Notes: generated from the sequence alone by a model not told the origin. A stretch of DNA of 49,463 bases from a virus (IMGVR_UViG_3300030048_000005:1-49463); one strand, 5' to 3'; shown: positions 18,038 to 27,632, counted from the first letter of the stretch. Program-made: numbers and translations.

Positions 18038-18880
18038 ATGATAGTAAATAAAGACGAAGAAAAAACACCCGATGCTTCGGAAAGCTCAGCAACCGATACA
18101 GCAACCGCTTCGGCAAGCTCAGCGACCACCGATGCAGCCAATGGTTCGACAAGCTCACCAACCGGCCGTGCAGCATTACTGGCCATATTTAAAGCAAAGA
18201 ATGCGGATATGACCGATGAACCAGATGATGAATCATTAATGGACTGGGCACACAAAGGAATTGGTGAACGCGATGAACTGGAAGGACGGTACAATGAACT
18301 GAACGGATCGAATGAACGCCTTGCTTCAATTGTAAGTGAAGATCCACGTTTTGCGCAATTTATTGCGATGGTAGCCGGTGGTGAAAACCTTGCATTTTCT
18401 TTAGGTAAGTGTTTCGGAAATATGATCGATAACCTGGACGATGAATCGTTGGAACAATTGCGTTCCGGACAAGAAGAGTACAAAGCTAAGTTCCAAAAAG
18501 TGAAGGATAACTTCAGTGCCTACGAAAACAACTTGAAAGCCTACGCCGAAGAAAACAAGTTGGATCCCAAAATGGTAGAACGTATCAATGATGCCATACT
18601 TGATTTGGCAGAATCATTTATTGATAGAGACATTTCGAGAGAAGTAATTGAACTTGTACACAAAGGCCTTGATGCTGACGAAGATAAAACAGCCGAATTG
18701 GAAGCTGCTAAACTAGCCGGTAAAAATGAAGCTATTGATGCAATGAAAGGCGCAAAAGGAAGTAAATCATTACTCCCAGACCCTAACGGAGTAGGTACTA
18801 ATAAGGTGATTAAAAAGAAACCACTTTTTGAAGAGCCTAAGGTAATCAGTTTAGCTGAAGCATTGAAAGACAAAGAATAA
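18038..18880 (+). CDS. Probable capsid scaffolding protein
   Basis: Acidic, helical/coiled-coil, directly upstream of the capsid gene; N-terminus carries three family A units. Confidence 0.6.
   Translation: MIVNKDEEKTPDASESSATDTATASASSATTDAANGSTSSPTGRAALLAIFKAKNADMTDEPDDESLMDWAHKGIGERDELEGRYNELNGSNERLASIVSEDPRFAQFIAMVAGGENLAFSLGKCFGNMIDNLDDESLEQLRSGQEEYKAKFQKVKDNFSAYENNLKAYAEENKLDPKMVERINDAILDLAESFIDRDISREVIELVHKGLDADEDKTAELEAAKLAGKNEAIDAMKGAKGSKSLLPDPNGVGTNKVIKKKPLFEEPKVISLAEALKDKE
18075..18163 (+). repeat. Three family A units, in frame in the scaffold N-terminus
   Basis: Units at 18075, 18108 and 18144 (ASESSAT, ASASSAT, GSTSSPT). Confidence 0.85.
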
Positions 18881-18906
18881 AAACAATTTTAATTAATAAA
18901 AAACGT

Positions 18907-20256
18907 ATGAAAAAGATTTTTAAAAAACTGAAAGGAAGCGGACTATTAATGTTTGCCATCTTATTGGCTTGTACTCTGTTTGGGATCACCGGAGTTGAAG
19001 CCGTTCACGCCGAAGGCGGTGCTATTACGTGGGGCGAAGCAGTTTCATTAGAGTCTGCAATGTCAGAATCTCCCGAAATTGTATTAGCCACCATAGAAAA
19101 AGAAGTATGTGTAATTAGGCCACATCTAACGCCATTGTATACGCTTGGCTCCCAACATGCAAAAGTACGAGAAGCCGGTAGTCCGTTTATCGAATACGAT
19201 GAAATTGAAACCTTACCATTGATTACTACAGTAGCCACTGCATTCAGTACGGCAGCATTGACACAATCGCCAATTGATTTGGCTAACAATGATCTTGTTG
19301 CGGTAAATCAAACATTGGTATTCAAAGGTATTCCCGGCTATTTAGAAGATGGATTGACATTAGACGGAGGTTGGTTTATTGGTTATATAAAAGATAAAGA
19401 CAATACAGGTAAACCGATTATTGTTCCGGTAAATGGAGTGAAAAGCGGTGCAGTAACTAATTCTATCCCCGCATTAGCAGCCACCACCGTAGTAGTACGT
19501 GGTATGCGAACAGGTTCGGAAAAGCAAAGTAGAACAGCACCTATTTCAGCTACTCCAACAAAAATGAAACAATACATGCAGAAGGGTATTTTTGAAACTG
19601 AAGAAACAACTTTCTTTCAATATGCACAAGATGGCGCATTGGTAAAATGGGGTAAAACTGAGATTACCGATTTTGCCATTTTCGAACATAAACAATCATG
19701 CGAAACTGATATTCTGTTAGGAAAAAAACGTGTTATCAAAACAGCGAATATCTATAATCAAAATAAAGTAGAAGATACTTATTTTCAAGAAGGTATTTGG
19801 TGGCAAGCCGGTCGCGACTTTTCATTACCGACAGCAGCTACCCGCGAAGATTTGATTTCGATGATGAAAACCATCTTTACCGGAAATGCTTCGAGCAATA
19901 TGAAGATATTATTTGCCGGTGCCGATTTGTTGGAAACCATAAATAAGGTAGATTACAACCAAGTTATTTATCCGGGCAAACAAGGACAAGTTTTTGGACT
20001 CGATGTGCAAAAAATCATTTACGGACAATATACTTTGCTTATTTGCGACGAACCCGCATTTAATGATTTGGCAATGACAGGTAACGGTATTGTAATTGAT
20101 ACTGCTTATTTGAAACAATACAAACATGCATGGAGATCTATTCCGCTTGATAACCTGAAGAACGGACAAAGCGACTCACAATCGCAAGTGTTCATCGATA
20201 CATTTGCTTATGTTCTCACCAACGCAAATGCACATACACGTTTAAAATTAGTATAG
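18907..20256 (+). CDS. Probable major capsid protein (SU10/DUF5309-like) with an N-terminal hydrophobic signal-like segment
   Basis: 449 aa; follows the scaffold; HLTPLYTL..FIEYDE, KQYMQ, HKQSCETDILLG, EGIWWQ; followed by a strong hairpin. Confidence 0.7.
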   Translation: MKKIFKKLKGSGLLMFAILLACTLFGITGVEAVHAEGGAITWGEAVSLESAMSESPEIVLATIEKEVCVIRPHLTPLYTLGSQHAKVREAGSPFIEYDEIETLPLITTVATAFSTAALTQSPIDLANNDLVAVNQTLVFKGIPGYLEDGLTLDGGWFIGYIKDKDNTGKPIIVPVNGVKSGAVTNSIPALAATTVVVRGMRTGSEKQSRTAPISATPTKMKQYMQKGIFETEETTFFQYAQDGALVKWGKTEITDFAIFEHKQSCETDILLGKKRVIKTANIYNQNKVEDTYFQEGIWWQAGRDFSLPTAATREDLISMMKTIFTGNASSNMKILFAGADLLETINKVDYNQVIYPGKQGQVFGLDVQKIIYGQYTLLICDEPAFNDLAMTGNGIVIDTAYLKQYKHAWRSIPLDNLKNGQSDSQSQVFIDTFAYVLTNANAHTRLKLV

Positions 20257-20265
20257 TCTAACCCT

Positions 20266-20302
20266 CAATGAACAGTGCGTAAAACTTACGCATTGTTCAT
20301 TG
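20266..20302 (+). terminator. Long hairpin after the capsid gene (terminator or mRNA stabiliser; no U-tract)
   Basis: caatgaacagtgcgtaa-aac-ttacgcattgttcattg. Confidence 0.6.
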
Positions 20303-20318
20303 TCATACACACCACACA

Positions 20319-20774
20319 ATGAAAATATACAGTCTAGTAACACTTGGTAAAGAGCATACTTTGCCAATTCCTTTGAATGGAAAAAACAAGTACATCAAAT
20401 TTTTAAAAGAAGCCCGTACAGATACAGAAGCTTTTTTTTCGACTCCAGACAAAACATTACAGGAAGCTATTGAAGGCAGCCAATTTTTTGAATCTGGTGG
20501 TGAGGAAAACATTAAATTGTTTTTTTCGACCGGAGAAGAAGAAACCATAACCCAAAAAGGCGAAAAACAAACCCAAAAACCACCAAAAGGAGCTAAAGAA
20601 TTTGAACCTGCCGAATTTCCGGATGTAATCGAATTCAAACAAGCAAAAGACGTGCTTACCGGTGAACCTTACAACGTAGGGAAAACAAGTAAGTCGTTAG
20701 CAAGTCCTGAAGGAATTTTGGCAAAAGCCGGAGAACTTGGCATTTCGTTTCCGAATTTGAAAGTTGCGGAATAA
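20319..20774 (+). CDS. Hypothetical head-module protein
   Basis: 151 aa; C-terminal AKDVL..ILAKAGELGISFPNL helical module. Confidence 0.75.
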   Translation: MKIYSLVTLGKEHTLPIPLNGKNKYIKFLKEARTDTEAFFSTPDKTLQEAIEGSQFFESGGEENIKLFFSTGEEETITQKGEKQTQKPPKGAKEFEPAEFPDVIEFKQAKDVLTGEPYNVGKTSKSLASPEGILAKAGELGISFPNLKVAE

Positions 20775-20776
20775 TA

Positions 20777-20823
20777 CTTCGGCTACGCTCAGTAACCGCA
20801 GTAACCACGACAAGATCAGTGAA
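20777..20823 (+). repeat. Family A2 unit directly after a stop codon, plus stuttered fragments
   Basis: TAA-ta-cttcggctacgctcagtaacc-gcagtaacc-acgacaagatcagtgaa. Confidence 0.85.
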
Positions 20824-20830
20824 TAATAAC

Positions 20831-20867
20831 AATGAGGGTAAAGAACGAATTTTTTACCCTCATTTTT
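20831..20867 (+). terminator. Intrinsic terminator
   Basis: aatgagggtaaagaa-cgaa-ttttttaccctcatt-ttt. Confidence 0.65.
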
Positions 20868-20889
20868 CCAACTACCCATTTATACTACC

Positions 20890-21534
20890 ATGACAAAGAC
20901 TTCCTTTATAGAAAAAGTTTTGGATATACTAAACGAATCGGATGCTAGTATTTTAGGAGCTGAATTGGTAGGATCGGATAACACAAATGTAAGTTCCTAT
21001 ATTGAAAAACTATTTCCGGCAGCATGGCGCAGAGCTGTGAAGTTATTCCCACGCAGTTGGTTTATAACAAAATCATTTTCAGATCAACCCAAAGAAGTAG
21101 ATGCACCCGACGGAACCGGTTACGTATTACTACCAACCGATTTTTTGTCATTATCATCATTTAAAATGAAAGGGTGGAAACAAAACTGTTTGACCGCTTT
21201 TGAAGAAACCCCCGCTATCAATAAAAAACAATCCAACGAATACCTACGTGGAACCGTACAACGGCCGGTATGCGTATTTAGGTACATAAGCTATCAGAAT
21301 ACATTGCGCCAGGCATTGTATTATTACAGTTTACCACGCACCGCAGATGCTACCACCCACATAGTAGAAACAGCACTATACATACCCAATGTAACCGAAA
21401 TGGGAGCAAATATTGAAATCAACTACCAGGGCATTGAACCATTGGCCTATTTATGTGCAGCTACAGTGCTGAGCAGTTTTGAAAAAGATTCAGCAGCCAA
21501 AGTATTGGAAAGTAAAATTTTAGAGATGATGTAA
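20890..21534 (+). CDS. Probable head-tail adaptor (tail tubular A-like)
   Basis: 214 aa; IEKVLDILNE N-terminal helix, YVLLPTDFL, LAYLCAA C-terminal helix; position after the capsid. Confidence 0.55.
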   Translation: MTKTSFIEKVLDILNESDASILGAELVGSDNTNVSSYIEKLFPAAWRRAVKLFPRSWFITKSFSDQPKEVDAPDGTGYVLLPTDFLSLSSFKMKGWKQNCLTAFEETPAINKKQSNEYLRGTVQRPVCVFRYISYQNTLRQALYYYSLPRTADATTHIVETALYIPNVTEMGANIEINYQGIEPLAYLCAATVLSSFEKDSAAKVLESKILEMM

Positions 21535-21535
21535 A

Positions 21536-23377
21536 ATGGCTATAGTAGACGCATTGAAATATATACAAGAAGCCGTAGTAACGCTGAATGACCTGTATGA
21601 TCGCTATCCGGACGGTGGTGAGTACGGTTGGTTTTCATTTGTGCGTGGCGAACAAAAGTTTTATAGGTGGGCAGATGCATTTATATTTGAAGAAATACTT
21701 TTTACAGATGAGCTTACAGTAACATCATGGTTGGATCCTTTCGAAAATGGGATTTATAATGTCACCACTTCGACAGGCTCAGTGACCGGTTCGGCAGGCT
21801 CAGTGACCCCTCCGGGGCTTACGGGTAATATTAAGCTTATTGTTTTTACCGATGGAACAGGGAAGCAATGTAAAATAGCCCAGAGTGGTGAGAATGCATA
21901 TAGAATTGTAGGTACCGACTCATTTTTGCTTTGGGATAAAGATGATGTACTTCCAATTCCATGTCCACTACCCGAACCCCATAATCACCAACCCGAACCA
22001 CGCAATATCAACGTATTAATTTACGAGCAAGAACCCGTACAAACCATAGATGATCTTTACATAGCCTTACCAGATGGTGGATCATTTGGGTATTATGCAT
22101 TTGTGAATGACATCAAGACCTTTGCCTATTGGGATGAAGAGTTGGAAGAATGGAAATCGATAGAAGGAACTACACCAGGAGCAAAAGGAGATAAGGGTGA
22201 CAAAGGCGATAAGGGTGACAAAGGTGATACAGGATCACAAGGACCACAAGGAGAAGGAGCCATTATAAAAATAAACTATCGTGGCGATTGGGTAAATACC
22301 GAACAGTATTACCATTCGGATGCAAACGGAAATACCGATGTAGTGAGAAGTACAGTAGATGGGCAAGCCTATTACTGTATGAATGATTCATTGGCCAATG
22401 AGCCAAGTGTAAATCCAGTGTTCTGGACATTATTCGTATTGAAAGGCGCTCAAGGAGAACAAGGCGTAAAAGGTGAGAAAGGCGATACCGGTAATCAAGG
22501 CCTTAAAGGTGACAAAGGTGATAAGGGCGATAAAGGTGACAAGGGTGATAAAGGAGACACCGGAGCAAAAGGAGACCAAGGCATTCAAGGAATAAAAGGC
22601 GATACCGGATTACAAGGAAATCAGGGAGTCCAAGGAATAAAAGGTGATAAAGGAGACAAAGGAGATACCGGTAACCAAGGAATACAAGGCATTCAGGGAA
22701 TACAAGGTTATACAGGAGCGAAAGGCGATACCGGAAATACAGGAGCGAAAGGAGACACCGGAGAACAAGGACCACAAGGAAATAATGGCAGGGGAATAGT
22801 ATCTAATGTTCGCATTACCGGTAACGGAGCAGCCGGAACAATGGACACGTACAGAATTACATATACAGATGGTAGTACTACTGATTATACTGTGATGAAT
22901 GGATCCAATGGAAATACCGGAGCACAAGGTCCTCAAGGCATTCAAGGTATAAAGGGTGATAAAGGAGACAAGGGAGATACAGGAAATACCGGTGCACAAG
23001 GAATACCAGGTTCTTCAACCGAAATACTCGGTTATGCCCTATCCGATCAGGAATCAAATATTTCTGTTGGTATAAAAATAAAAGATACAATTCCCTATAA
23101 CTGTACACTTACAAGCATATTATTGAGCTTATCGGAAGCACCAACAGGAAGTGTATTTCAAGCAAACATAAAGAAAAACGGAACATCTATTTTCACTACA
23201 AAGATAACTATTGACGTAAATGAACTGGATAACCTTACTGCAGCAACTCCCTACGATTTAGTAACTACACCAATACTATTTTCAGTGGGTGATAGAATAG
23301 AAATAAGTATTGATGCAGTGGGTGGAGTAAACACAGGAAAAGGCGCAATAATAAAATTCAACTTAATAAAAACATAG
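21536..23377 (+). CDS. Collagen-like fibre protein
   Basis: Long G-X-Y tracts (GDKGDKG, GIQG); duplicated DLY..YPDGG..G..FV domain; beta-rich C-terminus. Confidence 0.85.
   Translation: MAIVDALKYIQEAVVTLNDLYDRYPDGGEYGWFSFVRGEQKFYRWADAFIFEEILFTDELTVTSWLDPFENGIYNVTTSTGSVTGSAGSVTPPGLTGNIKLIVFTDGTGKQCKIAQSGENAYRIVGTDSFLLWDKDDVLPIPCPLPEPHNHQPEPRNINVLIYEQEPVQTIDDLYIALPDGGSFGYYAFVNDIKTFAYWDEELEEWKSIEGTTPGAKGDKGDKGDKGDKGDTGSQGPQGEGAIIKINYRGDWVNTEQYYHSDANGNTDVVRSTVDGQAYYCMNDSLANEPSVNPVFWTLFVLKGAQGEQGVKGEKGDTGNQGLKGDKGDKGDKGDKGDKGDTGAKGDQGIQGIKGDTGLQGNQGVQGIKGDKGDKGDTGNQGIQGIQGIQGYTGAKGDTGNTGAKGDTGEQGPQGNNGRGIVSNVRITGNGAAGTMDTYRITYTDGSTTDYTVMNGSNGNTGAQGPQGIQGIKGDKGDKGDTGNTGAQGIPGSSTEILGYALSDQESNISVGIKIKDTIPYNCTLTSILLSLSEAPTGSVFQANIKKNGTSIFTTKITIDVNELDNLTAATPYDLVTTPILFSVGDRIEISIDAVGGVNTGKGAIIKFNLIKT
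21768..21808 (+). repeat. Two tandem family A units, in frame
   Basis: Encodes TSTGSVTGSAGSVT. Confidence 0.9.
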
Positions 23378-23381
23378 CACT

Positions 23382-23969
23382 ATGAGCCAACTAAAAGGAA
23401 GAACTATCCAGTGGAATGCCGACAAAAGCGCATTCGAAATTTTGAACTACAATCCATGCCCGGTGCTGATGGGCGAACCTATACCATTTATGGGCGAAGG
23501 AATAGAATGGTTAGCCGATTATATTCCATTACCTCCTATCGAGTACGATCAACGCGTTTATATAAGAATTGATAAACAACAACCAAGTGATACTCCACAT
23601 CCACAATGGCCAATGTACAAAACGTGGATAACAACCTACGACAAAGAAAAACGTCCGCTTGCTGATATTATCAAATCGATTGAAGCCGAGGAAGCCAACG
23701 CCAATGCAGCATTGCTGAAAGAAGCGGAAGAATCGAAACTATCCTTCTTTATGTCGGCTTATACGCTTGCCATTGCCAAAGGAGTAGAACCAACTGCTGA
23801 AGAAGCAAATGCAGAAAAACGACATGCCGACGTAGTGTATAAAATGGCACAGAATGCAGCCAGAAGAGTATACCTAGTTGAGCAATTCACATCAGGTAAT
23901 GTGCTTGACATATCAGAAGGATTTGAGCGCGATAATATTGCCATTGGGAATACACCATTTGTAAACTAA
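23382..23969 (+). CDS. Hypothetical protein (possible fibre chaperone)
   Basis: 195-aa ORF between the fibre and LRR genes. Confidence 0.7.
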   Translation: MSQLKGRTIQWNADKSAFEILNYNPCPVLMGEPIPFMGEGIEWLADYIPLPPIEYDQRVYIRIDKQQPSDTPHPQWPMYKTWITTYDKEKRPLADIIKSIEAEEANANAALLKEAEESKLSFFMSAYTLAIAKGVEPTAEEANAEKRHADVVYKMAQNAARRVYLVEQFTSGNVLDISEGFERDNIAIGNTPFVN

Positions 23970-23972
23970 CTA

Positions 23973-25691
23973 ATGGAAGCCGAAATTTTAGACGAGGGTT
24001 ATTACAATGACCCTCGTAAAAATATACACAATATCTACGTAAAAGAGATGATAATAAATCCATTTGCATTTGTACAACCAATAAATTACACGATGGAAGC
24101 TTTTGTTGCACCGTATAACTTCAACCCGGATGCACAAGAACTAAATATAGTGAATGCTTTTGCAGCCTATCATGATGTGAATAAGAAGTATATATTCTCT
24201 GTTGGTCCTTCTTCAACTACAGTACTTCCCGCTGTAGCTGGTAGAAGTTATGCTTATGCTGAGAATGGGGGTTCATATACGACTATTGTGAGTGGTACAG
24301 TAACGTGGACAAGTAATAGTACGAAGAGGAATGTGATAGTAATTGATTATGCAATAAGCATTGTAGCTAATATACCTAATAGTTCTGTATGGGCTTATAT
24401 TTCAAGTAACTGCTATTCAATAAATGCAAATAATTCAACGACTCTAAATTATATTCACTTACAGACACTAAACTGTTTGAATTTAATTGAAGATTTTGCA
24501 TTTTACAACTGTTATGGATTAACTGGTAATTTGACAATTCCGAGTTCAGTTACTACAATTGGATATGTTTCATTTATAAATTGTTCCGGATTAATTGGGA
24601 ATTTGATAATACCGAGTTCAGTTACTACAATTGGAAACCTTACATTTCAAGACTGCTCAGGATTTAATGGTAATTTAATAATCCCTAGTTCAGTTACTTC
24701 AATTGGAAATTTTGCATTTTGCAATTGTTCAAAATTAACTGGAAATTTAATAATTCCGAATTCAGTTACATTAATTAGAAATTATACATTTCAGAATTGT
24801 TCTGGATTAACTGGTAATTTGATAATACCGAGTTCAGTTAATTCGATTGGAGATGGGGCCTTTTCAGGATGCACAGGATTAAATGGTAATTTGACAATCT
24901 CAAATTCAGTTACTTCAATTGGAAATTCTGCCTTTTATACTTGTTCTGGATTAACAGGTAATTTGATAATACCTACTTCAGTTATTTCAATCGGAAATCT
25001 TGCATTTATTGGATGTACCGGATTTAATGGACGTTTGACGATTCCAAATTCGGTCGTTACAATTGGAAATTTAGCCTTTTATAATTGTTCTGAGTTAATT
25101 GGAAATTTAATAATACCAAGTTCAGTCACTTCCATTGGAGATTCAGCATTTTACAACTGTTATGGATTAACTGGAAATTTAACGATTCCGAATTCAATTA
25201 CATTAATTAGAAATAATACATTTCAGAATTGTTCTGGATTAACTGGTAATTTGATAATACCGAGTTCAGTTACTTCGATTGGAGACGCAGCATTTGCAGG
25301 ATGTATAGGATTTGTTGGTAATTTTACAATTCCAAATTTAGTTACTTCAATTGGAAATTATGCTTTTTATACTTGTTCTGGATTAACTGGTAATTTGATA
25401 ATTCCGAATTCAGTTACTTCAATCGGAAATCTTGCATTTATTGGATGTACTGGATTTAATGGAAATTTGACAATACCAAATTCAGTTGTTTCCATTGGAG
25501 ATTCAGCATTTTACAATTGTATAGGGTTGATATTAATTAATAATATGATATCAACTCCACAAATTATATTTTCAAATACATTTTATAATGTAAATAAAAC
25601 AATACCACTTCACGTAGCAGTAGGATCACTAGCATCCTATCAAGCAGCACCGTATTGGAATGAGTTCACTAATATAATCGCTGATTTATAA
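23973..25691 (+). CDS. BspA/TpLRR-type leucine-rich-repeat protein (alternative start 24048, MIINPFAF)
   Basis: About 15 repeats of 24 aa, consensus SIGxxAFxxCSGLTGNLxIPxSVT; C-cap LHVAVGSLASYQAAPYWNEF. Confidence 0.9.
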   Translation: MEAEILDEGYYNDPRKNIHNIYVKEMIINPFAFVQPINYTMEAFVAPYNFNPDAQELNIVNAFAAYHDVNKKYIFSVGPSSTTVLPAVAGRSYAYAENGGSYTTIVSGTVTWTSNSTKRNVIVIDYAISIVANIPNSSVWAYISSNCYSINANNSTTLNYIHLQTLNCLNLIEDFAFYNCYGLTGNLTIPSSVTTIGYVSFINCSGLIGNLIIPSSVTTIGNLTFQDCSGFNGNLIIPSSVTSIGNFAFCNCSKLTGNLIIPNSVTLIRNYTFQNCSGLTGNLIIPSSVNSIGDGAFSGCTGLNGNLTISNSVTSIGNSAFYTCSGLTGNLIIPTSVISIGNLAFIGCTGFNGRLTIPNSVVTIGNLAFYNCSELIGNLIIPSSVTSIGDSAFYNCYGLTGNLTIPNSITLIRNNTFQNCSGLTGNLIIPSSVTSIGDAAFAGCIGFVGNFTIPNLVTSIGNYAFYTCSGLTGNLIIPNSVTSIGNLAFIGCTGFNGNLTIPNSVVSIGDSAFYNCIGLILINNMISTPQIIFSNTFYNVNKTIPLHVAVGSLASYQAAPYWNEFTNIIADL

Positions 25692-25700
25692 ATATAAACT

Positions 25701-26378
25701 ATGACAACAAGCCCACTCCTTAAATGGACATTTAGCCTTGTAACAAGTATCGTTGCAATTATAGAACCCGCAATACCTTTTGTAACTATTTGTTTTGCAG
25801 CAATAATATGGGACTGTTGGACGGCTTATAAACTGTCGAAACGAGTAAAACTATATACCGGATTATCTACTGCTAAATTCAAGAGTAAAAAGGCAGATAA
25901 GATTATTGAAACAGGAATTAATGCTTTAGTATTTGTGGTGCTATCCATTCAGGTAAATACATATGTTACCAAGGATTTTGGAGATTTGCATTTACCAAAC
26001 ATTGCTGCAGCAATAGTAATAGGTGTTCAGATCGTTTCGGTTTGCGAAAACATAAGCAGTTGCAATACTAAATGGTGGGCCAGACTATTACAAAAAATAT
26101 TTACAGACAAATCAAGTCGGCATTACGACATAAACGAAGAAGATATGAGTACAAAACCATTTTGGAGCAAGTTTGCTTCTCCCACTCCACAGAAGTGGAA
26201 AAAGATAAGAAACACGGCAGCTACATTTTTGGCCGTGGTAGTGGCCATCGCCGGAACATCTTCCGTATTACCGGGAATAAATACCCCGCAGTGGTTTACG
26301 GACTACGCGTGGTATATTGGTGCTGTACTGGGTGCAGTAGTGGCGTATGCGCAGAGTAAGGAAGAGGTGAAACAGTGA
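25701..26378 (+). CDS. Holin; apparent fusion of two holin-like modules (internal ATG at 26145)
   Basis: First part has 3 TM segments with D..TA and SVCEN; second part MSTKPFWSKFASPTPQKWKK has 2 TM segments; precedes the endolysin. Confidence 0.75.
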   Translation: MTTSPLLKWTFSLVTSIVAIIEPAIPFVTICFAAIIWDCWTAYKLSKRVKLYTGLSTAKFKSKKADKIIETGINALVFVVLSIQVNTYVTKDFGDLHLPNIAAAIVIGVQIVSVCENISSCNTKWWARLLQKIFTDKSSRHYDINEEDMSTKPFWSKFASPTPQKWKKIRNTAATFLAVVVAIAGTSSVLPGINTPQWFTDYAWYIGAVLGAVVAYAQSKEEVKQ

Positions 26379-26414
26379 ACAGTTAGCAGTAAACAGTAAT
26401 CAGTAAATAGTAAG
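26373..26414 (+). repeat. Heptamer run (CAGTRAN) overlapping the holin stop codon
   Basis: cagtgaa cagttag cagtaaa cagtaat cagtaaa tagtaag. Confidence 0.85.
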
Positions 26415-26416
26415 TT

Positions 26417-26992
26417 ATGAGTAATGTAAGAACTTATACCGATAAGGAAATACTTGAGCGGGTAAAATCATTACCATCGTTCAAAGGATGGCCGAAAGGC
26501 ATATTAGATGTATGGATAAGAAGCAACGAGGATGCATACGATCAGTTTGACGATAAATGCTACACGTTTGAATGCTATGGTGACATAAAACTTCCACGCT
26601 TCATAATGGTATGTACCGGTACCACCAATGCCGGACAGTATGGATTAAAGCATTTTGAGGAATACAACTCAGTGGGGTGCGCTGTATTGAAATCGGACAC
26701 AATTGTGTATGACAGTCACAAATACGGACTACACAAAGGAAAACAGGCTTTTGTGCAATGTAAAGGATTTCCGTACTTCAGAGATGCTAACCGAAACGAA
26801 CATGCCGAAGAAATAGGAAAAGAGTGCAACGACATTATTGGTGCCAATTGTCATCGGGCCGGTATGAACTCTACCATTATCGCGAATTGGTCGGTAGCAT
26901 GTTTAGTTCGGAATAATTTGGATCAGTTTATGGCCTGGTTGAATTTTATGGATCGAAAAAGTTTATCAGTGGTAATACTAAAAGAATTTTGA
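26417..26992 (+). CDS. Probable endolysin (His/Cys, YkuD-like catalytic motif)
   Basis: Between holin and spanin-like gene; FDD..GTTNAG..GLHKG..NCHRAG..WSVACLV. Confidence 0.65.
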   Translation: MSNVRTYTDKEILERVKSLPSFKGWPKGILDVWIRSNEDAYDQFDDKCYTFECYGDIKLPRFIMVCTGTTNAGQYGLKHFEEYNSVGCAVLKSDTIVYDSHKYGLHKGKQAFVQCKGFPYFRDANRNEHAEEIGKECNDIIGANCHRAGMNSTIIANWSVACLVRNNLDQFMAWLNFMDRKSLSVVILKEF

Positions 26993-26993
26993 T

Positions 26994-27557
26994 ATGAAAA
27001 ATACAATTATCATTTTATCGATTGTGATTGTAGCAATGGGTGCAGCGTGGTATTACTCCATGAAAAAAGACCCATTGCCGGTGCAGACTATTCAGCCGGT
27101 AGTAGTTGAGAACCTGAGCAAGGTAGATTCGCTACAGAAACAATGTGCTATCAGGGATAGTCAGTTATTGAAAATTGGAAATACATGTTTCTTGCTGTAC
27201 GCCAAAAATGGCGATTTAAAACTCAGATTAAAGCAGTCGGACACAGAAGTAGATACTTTACGTGCGAGATATGACCGTAACCATACGCTTGAGCAATGCG
27301 ATTCATTGGTGACAGCTCAGCAATATAATATTCAGAAGAAAGATAGTGCCATAACACAGTTGGACAGTACCATTACAACACAGAAAACAACACTTTTTTT
27401 ACTCAAGCAAAACAACAGCGATAAAGACTCCGCCATAAGTTTATTGAAGCAGTCCGTAGCAACTATGACTACCGACATAACCGCACTTAATTACTATCGT
27501 ACCTGGTGTAATGATCACCCGTTTAAAAGGTGGTTTATAGGTATAAAAAGGAAATGA
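26994..27557 (+). CDS. Spanin-like protein (N-terminal TM plus coiled coil)
   Basis: Single N-terminal TM, long heptad region, last gene of the lysis cassette. Confidence 0.55.
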   Translation: MKNTIIILSIVIVAMGAAWYYSMKKDPLPVQTIQPVVVENLSKVDSLQKQCAIRDSQLLKIGNTCFLLYAKNGDLKLRLKQSDTEVDTLRARYDRNHTLEQCDSLVTAQQYNIQKKDSAITQLDSTITTQKTTLFLLKQNNSDKDSAISLLKQSVATMTTDITALNYYRTWCNDHPFKRWFIGIKRK

Positions 27558-27596
27558 TTGTGTGATTTTTTTTCATAGTATTAGATTGAGTAGCGG

Positions 27597-27632
27597 AATC
27601 CCCTCGTTGTGAAACGCGGGGATTTCATTTTT
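27597..27632 (+). terminator. Intrinsic terminator after the lysis cassette
   Basis: aatcccctcgtt-gtga-aacgcggggatt-tcattttt. Confidence 0.7.

Noticed and set aside
22180-23010. Tandem ggtgacaaa/ggcgataag repeats as another mobile family
   Set aside because: Explained by collagen G-X-Y coding with varied synonymous codons
24480-25520. Diversity-generating retroelement TR/VR pair
   Set aside because: No reverse transcriptase in the window; the repeats are coding LRR units and their differences are not restricted to adenines
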